From Klebsormidium nitens (Eukaryota; Plantae; Klebsormidiophyceae), in NCBI GenBank assembly GCA_000708835.1, contig DF236956.1:62001-126000 (forward strand): a stretch of 64,000 bases of DNA. The letters are read 5' to 3'. Shown piece by piece: positions 50,180 through 62,200 of this stretch. Position 1 is the first letter of the stretch. Each line of letters opens with the position of its first letter. The notes under the pieces are model-generated. The model was not told the DNA's origin, did not search any database, and saw only the letters and a program-made list of their open reading frames with translations. A program made the position numbers and the translations under genes.

Positions 50180-53100
50180 TCAAGAGCAGCTAGCGCTGTC
50201 GCAATAAGTGGGGGCCGGACGCCCGAAGCCAAATCCTTGCTCGAATGCGTACGCAATCTCAATGAGCTTTCCCTCCGTGTAGGACAGCCCGTGGAAGATG
50301 ATGCCGAGCGGGTAGCCAGCCGCGGAAAGCGCAAGGGGAACGGTAACCCCGGGCTGCCTGTAAGGAAACACAAGAAGTTGGCATCTGTACACATACTACT
50401 TGATCTTCTTACGAAGTTCCAAAAGCAGCACCATTCAAGAAGGAGGAAAGCGGGTCGTTGATAAAATGTGGCGGCTGATTTTGTTTAGAGAGTGTCGAGA
50501 ACGCACGAGTAAGTAAACAAGAAGAAAACAACGGCAAAGTATGTGTCACACTTACTGCGTGCGCGCAAAGTCGTCAATGTAGTCACCCAAAGACGTGATG
50601 GCATCGTAGCCGTTGGATTGGAAGAACTGTTCGATTAGGACCTTGGTTTGAGCCGCATTCTGCAGCCCACAAGAAGATTCTGTTGAGACCTAGCGGGTTG
50701 ATGAGCAAATACCTCTAATAGAAGAGTATGAGACGGCCTGCAACACCCTCTGATCTCCAAGACCTCTAGGTTTGACGCTCCAACTTAGAAACTGCCTCTC
50801 CTATATCCGTTCTCTCATAGGGCGCTATAAGACAGGAGTCAGACTTTGCATATGTTTCGAACTTGGCAATCACAGCAACATATCGGGCGCAGCTTGAATT
50901 TGCCAAGGCCCCTCTCTTGCAGTCTTCGAAGCATGTGAAAAAACAATCAGTCATTAGCGGCGAAGCGACGAGCAGAAGCCTAAAGCAACGGACGGCAGTT
51001 GGACTCGACCGTACTTCTTAGGCAGCACTGCATGCCTTACCGCTTTGTACTGCATGTAAGTTGGGTCGTCAAATCCGCTGGTATTCTGCAAGATTAAAGG
51101 GAAAGTAAACCGTTTAGATGGTTGGAGTGATCTGGGAGGATATTAGTACGCTTACAAGAAGAGGGTTCCTAGAGACATCCACGTGGCACCTCAACCTGAA
51201 GCTGATCTAATCTGCACCGGATGAACGCTTCGCGCTTCAATCAAGGGACGATTAAGGAAGAGCTTTCCAGTCCTTTCTCAATCAAACAGCCATTTCCCAC
51301 CACCGAAAATAAACGGGCCACTTTGTCACAAGCTCCAGGACTTGCAAAGTATTAAGAGCATGCCCTTACAAGACAAGCTGAAGAGCTTTTGAATCGGCAT
51401 ACGGCTTGGAAGATGCAAACGATGTGGCATTTTACCTGGGCCACGTCGAAGATGTCCTGGAAGAAGTTGCCGTACGCGACCTGACCGCGGCAGCACGTCC
51501 CGCCTTGGAACTCCAGCAAGTAGTTGTCTGAACAAAAGGTGTGGAAAATTTATTCCGATTTATGCAGTGAACAGTAACAGCAAGTGAACAGTAACGGAGA
51601 CAGGTAGGGTTAGTTAGGGGGTTAGGGTGGGTACGGGTGCGGAGCGGGTGTTTCCTTAGGTTCGGGTTTTGAGTAACCCCAAAATGCTTACTGTTGGCAC
51701 TGGGCTTGCTGTTCACTAGATCGAGAAATACAGAAAATCCAGGTCAAAGTAAGCATCTATCCGGATTGTATCAAGTACAAGGCCTTAACAAGAGGCCCGA
51801 AAAGTAAGTGCACGAAAAGGCAAAATTTACGCGAGGCTTTCAATGCTCGTGAGCTCCACTACTGGCCGTCGGATGGGGCCAGAATGGGGGAGTTCGACGG
51901 CCGAGAAATCGCTCTTGCTAGCTTTGACATCATGTTCAACCACAGGCATTCTCCAGTGAGAGCACACTGCATAACGAAGGGGCACAAGTCAGAACTGAAA
52001 TGAGGAGAAAGTAAAAAAGACGTACCCAGATTGAATTGGATCAAGTCCTCCAGGTTGTTCTTGGGAGTAACGCCAGGAGCCCAGGTGACTTCTGCAAGAA
52101 GAAGAGACAGATCGTCACTTGCAAGCTTTTTCCAGATAAGATCTGCTATGTCTGTCTTTCAGACTCATAGAACGTAAAGAGGCTTCGACGCCTTGCAAGT
52201 TTGTTGACTTCACAGCTCGTTCCTAAACGGCTGAATCGCTCACAGTGAGAATTATTCTACCGGAAGCAAGCAAGAACTTGAGGAGGTGCATAGAAGTAGG
52301 GGCTCGAGCTTTCATCCGAACCATCTTCTTGCCAAGACGCTTTCTAGACTCTGCCTGCCGTTGTGAGAACCTATCCCTTTAGAGTGAAGCGGCATGTAAC
52401 AGAAAGCAAAGAGGAGCTTGACCTACCGCTGAGGTACGTGGCAATGTTCTGCTTGAAGTCGTACCAGAGCAAGAGTCCGGTGCTTAGGTCGTCGCCTGGC
52501 AAGGTGAAGTTGTCAGGTAGAACGTCCACGGTAGCGCCCGCGGACCTGCAGATGAAAGCGAGTTGCTCTGTTTAACGAAGTCGTCATTTGACACCGCCAT
52601 GCGCGCACGGATAGTGATCAGGTCGCATAGCGAGAGAAGAACCTATCTTGCAGCGAGTATCTTACGTTTGAGACGGTTTGCTTTCTTCTAGAACGTCTAC
52701 GAGGACTGTGATTCAGCTTGTACATCAAGCTAAAGCTGATCCACAACACGCGAGGCACGTGGCCATCCAGATACTGTCCGACACTAAGGTGTACGTTCGA
52801 GAAGCCTCCTGTGCTTATGTGCTTATGTCCAGGAACTCACTGCAATCTTTTCTCTAACGGTGATTGGACGAGCAAATGAGGAAGAGAGAGCCTTCAAAAA
52901 CCTGAAAGTAGACCTTGCCTTGCTTACCTCATAAACTCTGCGGCTTTAGCGTAGGCGGCCATGATCTGGTCGTCGGCTCCATCGTACGGTCCTACTGGGC
53001 CGATCGCAATCTTCTTGCCTGCAGAAGTTGGTCAAGCAGGATGAACGTGTGCATGTGATACTTCTCGGACTAAGAAAGCAATATCGATACTCGGCGTATG

Positions 53101-56100
53101 GGAAGAACTTGCAAGAGTGAAAAAGCAGCCCCTTCTGAGTTTATCAAGTCCATTCAAGCTTCCACGTCAGGGATCCTCCAAATGCAGACGTCAGCCTTGT
53201 AAAGCGTCCGTTAGAATTCAAGCACGCTCTACTAAACTTCGAGGAAGCACCCCCACCTTGCAGCCCATTCTTATTCAGGAACTGTGCGTAACCTCCAGCA
53301 GGAACCACTTGAGTGAGCGTTACAGGGTCGGTTGCGTCCGGTGCAGCAATGACGTCCAGCAAATAGGTGGCGTCCGTTAAAGTGCGGCACATGGGCCTGG
53401 AAAAATGATAATGCTACTCTTAAAAGGCTATCTGCAAGCTTTGTTTAAGTCATTTAACGGCATTGCCTCTCCGATATTCACACAGCAGAATGTCGAGCTT
53501 TGCCGGTTGCTTCAGCAAAACATAAGCGCATAGAAGGAGAGTGAAGGGACTAAACACTTTTCACTCTCGCTGAGGAACACTACAATCAGCTTTAACAGGC
53601 CTCCAATCGGCGAAAACACGACAAACATGCAAGAAACAGAAAGTGCATCAACCCGGATTCCTACCCTGCAGTATCTTGTGAGGCTGACAGAGGCACTACT
53701 CCGCTCCTGCTAACAAGGCCCACTGTCGGCTTGATGCCTGCCACTGCATTGAACTGACTGGGTGACAAAATGGACCCGCTAGTTTCAGAGCCAATCGTCA
53801 AAGTGACCTGCACGAGAGAGCTTGGTTTGTAATTCAATCCATACCGAGTCACAATTGCTTGTGCATTTATCTTTCTATAGAAACATGGACGGATGGAACT
53901 ACGACATATGATAAGCACGGGCAGCTTGTGCACCAGCAACGGATGCAAGTCCTTCGCTTTGCACTTTCCAAATCGGATGTCACTCTATGGAGCAAGCACT
54001 TCTTATTATTTTCAACGTCGCTTGCCTGCAGCACCTGGAACTTGTCGGAATCTGTTACTAGGTAAAAGAAGTTGCATTCTTCGAAGGTTGGACATGCGCC
54101 ACTGTGGTCTCACCATATTGGCCGCTGCTGCAACTGCAGAACCAGACGAAGATCCTGACACAATGCCTGGATTGGATGCGTTGTAGTAGACTCCTGGCGT
54201 GACTGCGCTAGGAATGTTGGTGTAAGGATCGGTGATATTGTCCTGACCGTCGATGAAGTAGCGAACGTACGGATCCTGGAGGAAAAGATAGAAACAGGTG
54301 GAATGTTGCAGAAAGGTTCAATACGCAAGCAAGGTATGCTTTAAATTGAAAGGTGTGTGGTCTTCGAAGAACTTGCTCCGCGCTTCCAACTGTCAGATCT
54401 TACCCTGCTAGCCTGCTTGTTGGTCCACCAGGGGTAGAAAAACACGAGCAAAGTGCTGGATCTTTGATCTAGGAAATGGCTCTGCGCTTATCCGCAATCC
54501 AAAGACGAGCTTTGAAGATTTTCCTCTCCTTTGACTGTGCTTGCGATACTGTGTATTTAAAGCATGCAGTCTCTGCAAGGCAGCACAATCAAGCACGACT
54601 TATCAAAAGCGTCACGTCCGGGATAGGGTCACGGGTTCAAGAAGGCTCTCAAAAGCCTTCACAATTCGCTTCTTCCTACTCGGAAGGATTTCCTTTGTTC
54701 TTCCTCGCAGAAAATGTCTGACTCGATCTGACTCGCTCTGACCGACAGTATTTAAACGCTAAACTAACTATTCCACAAAGGACCAAGCTGACCGCAACAA
54801 CCAACCGCCTCTTAAGACGTACGTGTTATTGTCTACCCCGTGACGAAATCGACAAGGAAAGACCCTTGCTGCTGCTTCTCAATAGTGGCTGTCGATTCTC
54901 CGCCCCTAGCTCAAAACGTCGGCTTTCAAGGAGAAAGAAATGGAAGCCTTCCTCTGACTTTGAAGGCAGACTTACATTGACTTGACCTCCACGGCCAGAC
55001 CATCCTGAGACAGAGTAAATGCTTCTGAAGTTGGCCCACTCAGACAGGCCCGCCTTGCCAAGAATAATGCCGCCAGCGTTCAGAATAAGGATTGTCAGGA
55101 ACGCGGGGGAGTGATAGCCTCCCAGCAGAGCGTAGGAGCCTGCAAGAAGCAGGATGGTATGTGCACGGTGGTACTTTACCCTCTGATTGGTTAGCAACTC
55201 TATGAATGTAACATTCTGCAGAGCTCAGCAGACCGTCCACCATGAGCTTGTACACAGTTCTCTTGGTCTGATAAGAGATTCGACCAACTTAGTAGCTCCG
55301 AAATTTCCTTCGTCTGAAAGAATCCTCCACCATGATATGAAAGGACTTCCAACAGGGCTTCGAAGTTCCCTAATCTATTAAAAGCTTCCACCATGTCTAG
55401 CTGGATCCCTTGATGTGAAAGATCTTCCAACATCAATGTCCGAGTTCCCTTGTCGTAACTGATGTTGCACCAGTGGCTTCCTGGTTCTCTTGGTTTGAGA
55501 AGGTTTTCTCAATTTCTCTGACAGCGGATAAGTTCACTTGGTCTTTAAAGACCTTCCACCATCTGCTTCTAACTTTTCTTGCTCCAAAAAGATCTTTCAC
55601 AATGAGCTTCTCTAGTCCCTTAATCCAACATTACCGTCCACCATCTCTAGGATCCTCAATTTGACAACATCTTCCTCTGCTTCTGCTTCCCCTCTGGTGA
55701 AGCAGCTCACCTGCTGTGACATTCATCCCGTCTGCTGCCACGTTGTCTTTGAGCAGGACGGGGATCCCGTGGATCTTGCTGAGGTTGCAAGTAGGAAGAC
55801 ATGCCGCTCGCTCGGCGTCTTTGGCATCTGCGTCTGCCAGCACTGTTGGGTTCAACTCGATGACGGAATTTGTTGCGTATGCAACCTGCACAGACATGAC
55901 GGAATTAGAAATCGGGAGGAGTACTTAATGAGCTCGCTTTCACCGTCTCTTGGTGGTTCTGTCAGGATGCTAAGCATCTTAGAAAGGGGGCCTGACTCAA
56001 AAACCGCGCACACGCTGGATCACCCTGCAGACATGAATTTTGGAGAAACGACTCCTGCTTACAAGTTCTAGTCCTCTTCTTGCCTAGCAAACGAATCAGT

Positions 56101-57511
56101 CGATTATCGGCCCGCCTGAGAGGTAGCTTTACACTAGAGGCAGCCGCGCTTTTTGGAGGCGAAACTCACTTCCAAGGCACCTCAAATCTGCAAATCACCT
56201 CACCATAAAGTCTTGGTAATGGAAGCAGCTCATCTACAGGAAGAGTGAATCAAAGTTGCACGCTTAATCTCTGCACCTTACCTCGCCCTTGAAGGTTATT
56301 GGGTTGTCAAAGTCCGCAATGCGCTGCAGGTAGCACTCGATTAGGGCACGTGAGGTCAGCTCTCCGGTCAAGAAGAGCGCCTGAATTTCATCCACTGTGA
56401 TCTCAATGATCTTGGAGCAATCGAAGTTGGAAGGCGCAGAGGGATACACGCCTGTTGCTTCCTGGATGTAGCAGGTGAAATCGCTCGAGCTGAAGCATCC
56501 AGACCCGCTCGGACAGCAGTACCGAGCAGAACCGTCCGCAGTTGTACAGGTTGTTGGGTAGGCAGAGGAAGTGCAGCTCGAGCCAGTCAAAGGAACACCA
56601 ACCGCGGCTGCAATAAGAGATAAGACTTTATTGAAACCCAGGGATCGTCAAGAGCTAGTCAACAAAGAAGTACTTCGAGTACTTGAAAGTAGTTCTTTGA
56701 GAAAAACAGTGCTCAAAAAGGCAGACAAGTCAGGTGGCAAAGAGTAGGTAGAGAGTGGGGTCAGCTGGTTGGCAGTTACAAGCAAGAACAGTCAAGATGT
56801 GGTGGTTAAGAAGACTTGGTGCAGCGGCAGAGTTGCACCAAGTCTAGTCTGCTGACTCGTGTTCAATCATCCTACATTGAAAGGCTTCGTTGATGTTGTG
56901 TTTCTCTACCTCGAAGTGAGCTAGGGCCTTTGCAGCTGCATGCGCACAGACCAGAAAAGCTAAAGCTTGGCTGCTTGAGGAGGCAGGAGTGACAGTCCTG
57001 TCTAGCAAAAGGGCCCAATAATGTTGCTGAGGATAGGGAGATCAGAAGAAACACAGATCTACTCACATCCAGGCTGAGGAGCTGGCGCTTCCGCAGGGGG
57101 ACTTCCAGACACAAAGCCATTGGTGACTGCCCCAGAGGAGGAGGACGGATAGGACACGCCCTGGAGGTAGCAGGTCAGGCCGGCGCTAGAGTAGCAGTTG
57201 TAACCCCCTGGACAGCAGTAACCTGTGGTGCCATCCGCTGTGTAGCAAGTGCTGCCTGTTGCAGGGCAGGAAGCCTGTAGCAGGTGGCGACGGGAGGCGT
57301 CGTTGCTGACATCAGTGGTAAGGTCAGCAGTGGCTGCTGAGGTGAAGCAAAGGATGGCCAGCAAAAGAGTTGCTGCAAAGTAGGAAGGTTGGAGGTGAGT
57401 CTGATTGACTGTATGACTGTAGACAGAATGCCTACTTGCTGAGACCAGAGTGTTTTGGGCCAACCAGCAGATTGGAAGAGCACTCTGCTGCAATGTCTTG
57501 ACAGCATTCAT
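50180..57511 (-). CDS. Secreted amidase-signature (AS) family enzyme with two N-terminal 6-Cys modules
   Basis: Exons 57511(?)-57067, 56607-56282, 55885-55711, 55139-54976, 54242-54114, 53807-53665, 53396-53257, 53018-52928, 52545-52427, 52091-52026, 51527-51436, 51085-51041, 50659-50556, 50357-50180. Motifs: [10 protein letters not shown] (catalytic Lys), [32 protein letters not shown] (nucleophile Ser), [24 protein letters not shown]. Confidence 0.92.
55230..55665. repeat. Degenerate intronic repeats in an amidase intron
   Basis: (c/t)tccaccat recurs at ~55236, 55325, 55387, 55556 and 55637; aaagatctt(t/c)c recurs at ~55418 and 55590. Confidence 0.5.
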
Positions 57512-58928
57512 GGTCCTTTGACCATATTCCTGATCCAACAAGGTTCAACGGATACAAGGGCTGTCCAAAACCATGTCCATACTGTTTGACATTGTGGAAA
57601 AGCATCTTGAACAGGGCAACTCTTTTGAGAATTTTACACACAAGGGTCATGCAATGCTGTAAGACCCTAGTACATGGTGGAAGGACTCGTATCAGCTCCA
57701 AGCATCAGCAATCTGCCCGAGCAACCTCCGATCGAAAGTTGGTGAAGCAACTCTGAAAGCAAGACGTAAATGCTGCAACCATCAAGAGGACGCCTTGTCT
57801 CAAGTTTCAGGAGGCCACATCTCAGTGTGGAAAAAAAAAAGCCTCGAGAGAAAAGAAGCAATACCATTACGGACGGACGCCATGATATTGCTCAATTCTT
57901 CTTTGAGGGGGTAAGGCAGTACGTCTCTTTGTGCACGAGCCGTGCACACACCACAGCGTACAACACCACCGTCTCCTGTCAAGGGTCTCTGAAAGAGACC
58001 TCAAAGCCTTTCGTTGCTCATAAGATTGCGTCGCAGGATTCGATGCCAAGAGCTTTGCATTGCCTGCTTGAAGAAGCTCAGTGAAGACAAGTCGTCCAAC
58101 GACACCCCCATGCAGAGCTGCTGATATCTGCAAAGTTTGGACACCACCTTGCATGATGCCTTCTATCGTGCCGCTGTCAAAGGGCGTTAGCAGGCTGGAA
58201 CCCGCACAATCCTTTGCTCTGACTTGCTCACTTTGCACCCCAACATCGGCATAACCAAGACGTCATAAACTGTCACAGACTATCCCGAGACGCCACAAAC
58301 AATGCAGCGCATTTACTTTTGAGCATCTGAAAGACGGCTCAATCACTGTTCCAGGTACATTCCTCAGATGAACGTGTGATAGAACATACATATGGCAGCT
58401 CCCAGGACGGTACAAGTAGCTACAAGCACAGCTTCTGCGACGCTAGCAAGTCCTTAGTCAAGTCAAGCTGTGCTCAGGACTGCGCACGGCAGGGCTCCAT
58501 ACCCTGGGCGGTAGATCCTCGGAATCTGGCCACGTGGAGCACCACCTTCCACGTGGTACATACAAGACATGGGTCAATGATATGAAAGGCGGCGCCATCA
58601 TTGCAGGTCCATCATCAATGGTATCCGAAAGCTGTCTGCCGTTGGATAAGAAAGGTGACTCTTCTGATACACCGTCCAATGGCCAGCGCCCGCGCCCCTC
58701 GACAGGCGTATACGGATTACGACAGCTTCAAGTTTACCGGGGGTTCTGCGAATCACCTCTGTTAACCAGAACCGACGGTTGGCTTAACAAGGGCGGACGG
58801 TCAAGCCCATAACCTCTTACGTAAACTTCCTGCGAGATGTCAGCGACCATAGATTGAAGACTCCGGTGCGACGCCAGCCAAAAATCCTCAAATCGACAAT
58901 CAACTTCAGAACCCGAGAGTTCAAAAGT

Positions 58929-58981
58929 AGTTTGTTGTCTTCATTGCCGTGCACATACAACGGCAATGAAGACAACGAACT
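58929..58981. other. 22-bp stem-loop (17 bp perfect) downstream of CNGC-b
   Basis: gttgtcttcattgccgt (58934-58950), a 9-nt loop, then acggcaatgaagacaac (58960-58976); the stem extends outward with one G-T wobble. Confidence 0.75.
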
Positions 58982-59214
58982 CAAGAAGACAATGAAGACA
59001 GTCACTACGTATCCACCACGTTCGAAGCTCACAAGTCAAAATCAATTTCGCAAGAGCTCAAAGGCTGGCCCGCGCCTACTTTTCTAAGCTGCATACCTTT
59101 CAACATCCTAACTATCCTCGCTTCTATAACTAGCACTTTTGAAACCTCTCCTAGTGCTTCAGTTTGCGCGCGCGTGCAAAGTATGCGAGCCATAATGTCT
59201 CCATTGTGAACATG

Positions 59215-62200
59215 TTAATCCTGCGGCTTGGGCGACGTAAACATAGCAGTGTACATGCGCAACTTGTCCCTCGTCGGGTCGTCGGTAGGCTGCCCCGGGA
59301 CCGGGACGAGGCCCGAGGCCGTGCGCGGGCCGCGGCTCGCAGCGGCCGCCTTGAAGCGCCGCCACGTCAGCTGAATTGTCACGGCCGCCCACGTGCGCCA
59401 ATGCTGTGACAAAACGAAAGAGCTAATTGAAACCTTGGTGCCGCTCTTCTAAGAACCGCATCAATTATCCGAAACCTCTAGTCCCACAAACAGGTCAGAC
59501 AACCCGCCTTTTGGTCAGCGTACTAGCTGGGATCTGCAAGGTTTCTTTGACACTGTCCGTCATTTTCTCACAAAAACGAAGTTTTACGAGGCTCTTGGAC
59601 TTCTCCTAAAGACTGCCGACCAATTCTGCACAATGAATCCAGTCAGCCCTTTGTACTGATGCTTCAGTAATGATGACAGACTCAGCGCTCAGTGGGCTGG
59701 ACAGTCCACGATATCTCGTTACGGATGCATGCGGCGTGTGATAGTGGGTCGCTCAAACAAGAGGTCGTCAGACCAAGTGACAAAATTCTAACCACTTCGT
59801 AACCAGTTTATGTTAGACGAATTCGACTGGGCGGAGTGAGGTTGATAACACCGCCAGGATATATAAGCAAGGGGCTCAGGATAGAATCTTACCGGCGAGT
59901 AATGTCGGATCGTGTGCCGCAGTTTCTTGCTTTGCAGGCGCTGTTGAAAGTGCGACGTGACGTACATCAGGTCCTCCGCCTCCAGTGCGAACGCCTCCAC
60001 GGTGTCAACGCACTCCAGGCTGCGTAAGACGACAGAATTTGACGAAACAAAGAAGAATCGGCAGACGTCCCTGCAGTGTCATTTGCATCAAACTTACAAG
60101 CTGACGACTCGGCTAAAACAGAGCCTGACGTTTGAAGCTCGAGACAAATCTGTGGGTAAATATGTTGTGGGAATATCGGAAACAGCAAGTTTGTCGCCGG
60201 CCCGCGGATACAGCCTTCCGAACAGATGCAGCACGAAATGCTCTTTTAATACTTCGTTGGCTTTAGCCTTGGGAAGAACTTCTTCTGACTCTGCACTCTG
60301 AGAACTTCTCACTTCGTCTCAGGTCGATCTGTCGTTGAAGGACTAAAAGTTACTACGCAGAAGAGTATTTTGCGGGACATCTTCCGAGAAGCCTAGAGGC
60401 GCAATCCGTTCTCCTCGATCTGCTCGATCAAACCCCAACCTTAATGCGTCCCGTTTGTTTCAACGGTCGCGAATGAAATCGTGGCAAGACAGCGGGAAGT
60501 GTTCGAAAAGAGCATAGTCGGGCGGACCTGGCAGTGGACAGCGGCAGGCGGTGCTGGTCAACCGTCCGCGCGAGCCCCCACGTCAGCAGCTCCTCCCCGG
60601 TAAAATCCCCCGGGCCCAAAATTGCGACACTGGCGCGTCCTCCAACTGAGTGCACGTTGCGCAGGCGGCCGCGCACCAAAAGTAAGAGCCGTCGCACGGG
60701 CTCGCCGTCGCGAACTAGAACGAGGCCGCGCGTGAAGAGCACTGGGCGCAGCCGCTCGCACAGTATGTCGAGGAGCAGCGGGTCGGTGTACGAGAACAGC
60801 GGGATCTGCGCGCGCGCGAGCAGTCGGAAACTTATCTCAAAAGGGGGTTGGAGAGGCAAAGGACGAAGCGCTTAAGTTTCAGACGTTGAACCTTTGTGGG
60901 CCGCGCTTCATCATCGAAGCAGACTCATCAATCTCCTTAAAAGAAGAAGTGTGACCACAGAGTAGTACTTGACTTCTCTCCCCACAACTGGTTTGAACGA
61001 CTTTCATTTCTGTCGCTTTCGTTCCTCCACTTCAAACTTTCTCGCTTTTGAGTGACCAAGTTTTGCCTCGAAGCTCTTCACCTTCTTGACGAGGTCTAGG
61101 CAGAGGTAGCGCTTGATGTCCCGCCTCAGCCCCTCCGGCAGATCTGCAATCATGTTCTCTTCGTCGATTCCCCGGGTAGCCGACCAGTGCTGCTGCTCGT
61201 AGTCGTCAACGCGCTCCTGAAGCGGCCGCGGCAGCTGCCGCCGCGCCATCCACCACTCCAGGTCCTGCCGGCGCGAGCGCATGCGGTCCACACGGATCCA
61301 AAGCGACTGGAAGAACACCTGGGGAAGACAAGCAGAGAAGAGACACCTCAATCAAGTTACTTTTTTGGGGTGGTGTTCAGACCGAGGCAGAAAAGAAATT
61401 GGAATGAGCGCGTCACTCACAAGAATACTGACGCGCTTTGGACGGTACAAGGACAAAACGGGACACAGCCCTTTAATTCCTCGGATCGCTGAGAAGACCG
61501 GAAAGGCAGAAGCTTTCCGGCTCTCATACCTTGCTCAAAGCTTAGGTGCAAGGATCGAGAGAACCTGGAAAAGAGCAGCTGGCCTTCCAGTCACCGAAAA
61601 CAAAATGCGGAATTCCAAAGTTCCATGACTATGAATCTAACTTGAAAGCAAGAACTTGAGGTGCCTACCTGAATATTACCAATGAGCGCGGAGAAGAGCA
61701 GCAGGCCTGACAAGACGAGGACGATGCTGAAGAGGGTCTCGGGGAGGTTATCTGTGGGCGTGAGCGAGTTGCAAAACGAGCTGCAAAAGCAACACAGAAT
61801 GCGAAAGGTTTGTTGATTCGTGGAGGAGGGGATTGTACTGAGCACTTAGCTACTTGTTCCGTCGGACTTTCTCGTTTTCGCTTTCGTCGTCCACCGTTCG
61901 GATTGAAAGGTTTCCTGCATTTCTGCGCAAATCATGGCTGATCACCCGAACGGGAGTTTGTGAAAGAAGATTGGCTATCTTTCATTCAGAGATTCCGCAA
62001 TAAAAAGACCACGTTTTTAAGAAATGGGATGCTGTCTTCTCTTCAAACCCAATCATGTTGCACTTCAAGTAGTGAGATTGAACAAGTAGCAAAGATCTTT
62101 TTGCAGCACATCCACTCAAGCTCTATGAGTGTGCAAGAAACCTTCCTGATCTCCATACTTTCTCGTGCGGGTGACTCACCTGAGCGTCATGAGACCCCAG

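Noticed and set aside
51600-51645. TTAGGG-like run (gtagggttagttagggggttaggg) as an interstitial telomere
   Set aside because: Too short and irregular. On the gene's strand it reads as repeated CTAAC branch-point-like motifs in an amidase intron.
57800-58300. Protein-like minus-strand ORF fragments between the amidase and CNGC-b
   Set aside because: No recognisable motif, interrupted by stops, and no convincing splice sites. It may be a decayed relic but this cannot be supported.
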